DNA from: Isurus oxyrinchus
Taxonomy: Eukaryota
DNA length: 64,000 nucleotides
Assembly: GCA_026770705.1 (NCBI GenBank)
Contig: JANJGN010000152.1
Span: 682,001-746,000 of the forward strand
Direction of reading: 5' to 3'
Below are positions 62,791-64,000 of this stretch, one piece after another. The first letter of the stretch is position 1, and each line of letters starts with the position of its first letter. A program made the translations under genes and the position numbers. The notes below the pieces were generated by a model. That model saw only the letters and a program-made list of their open reading frames with translations. It was not told the DNA's origin and searched no databases.

Positions 62791-64000
62791 CTTCAGTCAG
62801 TGGGAGAGTAGATTTCTATTCGGCAGCAAAACATAGTGAGAAGTGAAATAATAATGAAGACCGGCGTTGCACAGTTCTGCAGAATAATTCCTGACTCTGG
62901 AATTCTCCAGGATGTCCTCGTTCGGTGAAGTGATGCATTTACCCGTCCCACTGGACTGCTCATCCAGACGATGCCAAAAAGGAACACCGGCAGAAATATT
63001 CCTGATATCAGAGCAGGCAATGCGGGACAGGCAGAGGGAACAAACAACAGAAGCTATTGCTGGGCCAAGACGAGTCAGATTTAATACATGTACAATTTGT
63101 AATGATTTCTTGCGACATGCTTGGCTGATATCAAAGCATTCGGATGCTGATTCATTTGAAAGGTCCAGACCCAGGGGACAGACCCTAGTCGTTGTGTCCT
63201 GCAACAGTCAGCTGAGCAAAATGCGAAGTGGTAGAATAGTGAGATTGCTGCTGTTGAGCGTAATACAGAGAACTAATACTCTGAAGATCAAAGCGAACTA
63301 AGGTCATGGGAGTATCACATTGTTGTAAAACCGCACCTGGTTCACTACTGCTTCAGAAAAGGATATCAGTCACTTTTACGTGGTCCGGCCCACATGTGAC
63401 TGCAAATTGACAATGATGAGATTGTTTCTTTACCGCACCCGGAAATTTCCTCGCACACCACTCATTTGAATCAAGGCTGTACAGAAGCATAGGACCGTGT
63501 GTGTATCCACAGCACAGACAAGGAGACTTACTATCACCGTCTCAATGACATTTCGCAATGCGAGTTTAGTCTTGGCCATGCCGGCTGTGTTCACTTCTGA
63601 AGAACGAATTAAAAATTGTTTCAATCACCATCACATCCCAGTGCCTCAATGCAGTCGTATCAGGCAGTGTCTGTGATAACATAGCCTAGAACATTATTCT
63701 AAATGGAAGTTTTGAAATAAAACTGGAGCACATTGATAAAACATATAAGAGCTCAAAATGCAATATCGAGATATCTTTCACACACACAGGGAATAATGAA
63801 CATGTTGTAATTATGGTCAGTGAGAGTGAGGGAGGAGTATCATCTGGGCATGTGTAAGGGAACTCTTGAGGAAGAAGAGAGAGGGAGCCCCGGAGAATTG
63901 AGTTAAAACATTTAACACTGACATGTAATAGATTTCACCATTTCAAAAAGAGAAGCAGTCCTTCATTTCCCCTATTCTTCTTGGCAAGGAGAATAACCTT

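Noticed and set aside
62797-63204. ORF with V-like fragments (RIACS...FWHR...AGLHYYF)
   Set aside because: May be a very old V relic, but second Cys and nonamer are missing; not supportable without an HMM search.

Overview
Eukaryotic DNA from a cartilaginous fish (shark-like repeat content), lying in a T-cell receptor alpha/delta V-segment region; 596-N gap at 3358-3953. The centrepiece, on the minus strand, is a complete NAR-TCR cassette: octamer/TATA promoter, leader, IgNAR-like V (22-RSS), D (12/12 RSS), J (23-RSS), then a leaderless supporting V-delta exon. That exon is followed by an unusual tandem array of four 23-RSS units. The cassette sits in the loop of a large degenerate palindrome (about 21.4-49.0 kb vs 52.9-60.7 kb; the right arm lacks about 18.5 kb). 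Around it are roughly 15 decayed TCR V pseudogenes in both orientations, many strong CTCF motifs, a frameshifted two-exon GPR139/142-like GPCR and a second GPCR exon 1 lying 38 kb upstream. CR1 and Tx1 LINE fragments, SINEs, Penelope-like pieces and satellites are abundant. All calls were made by eye; no database searches were run.
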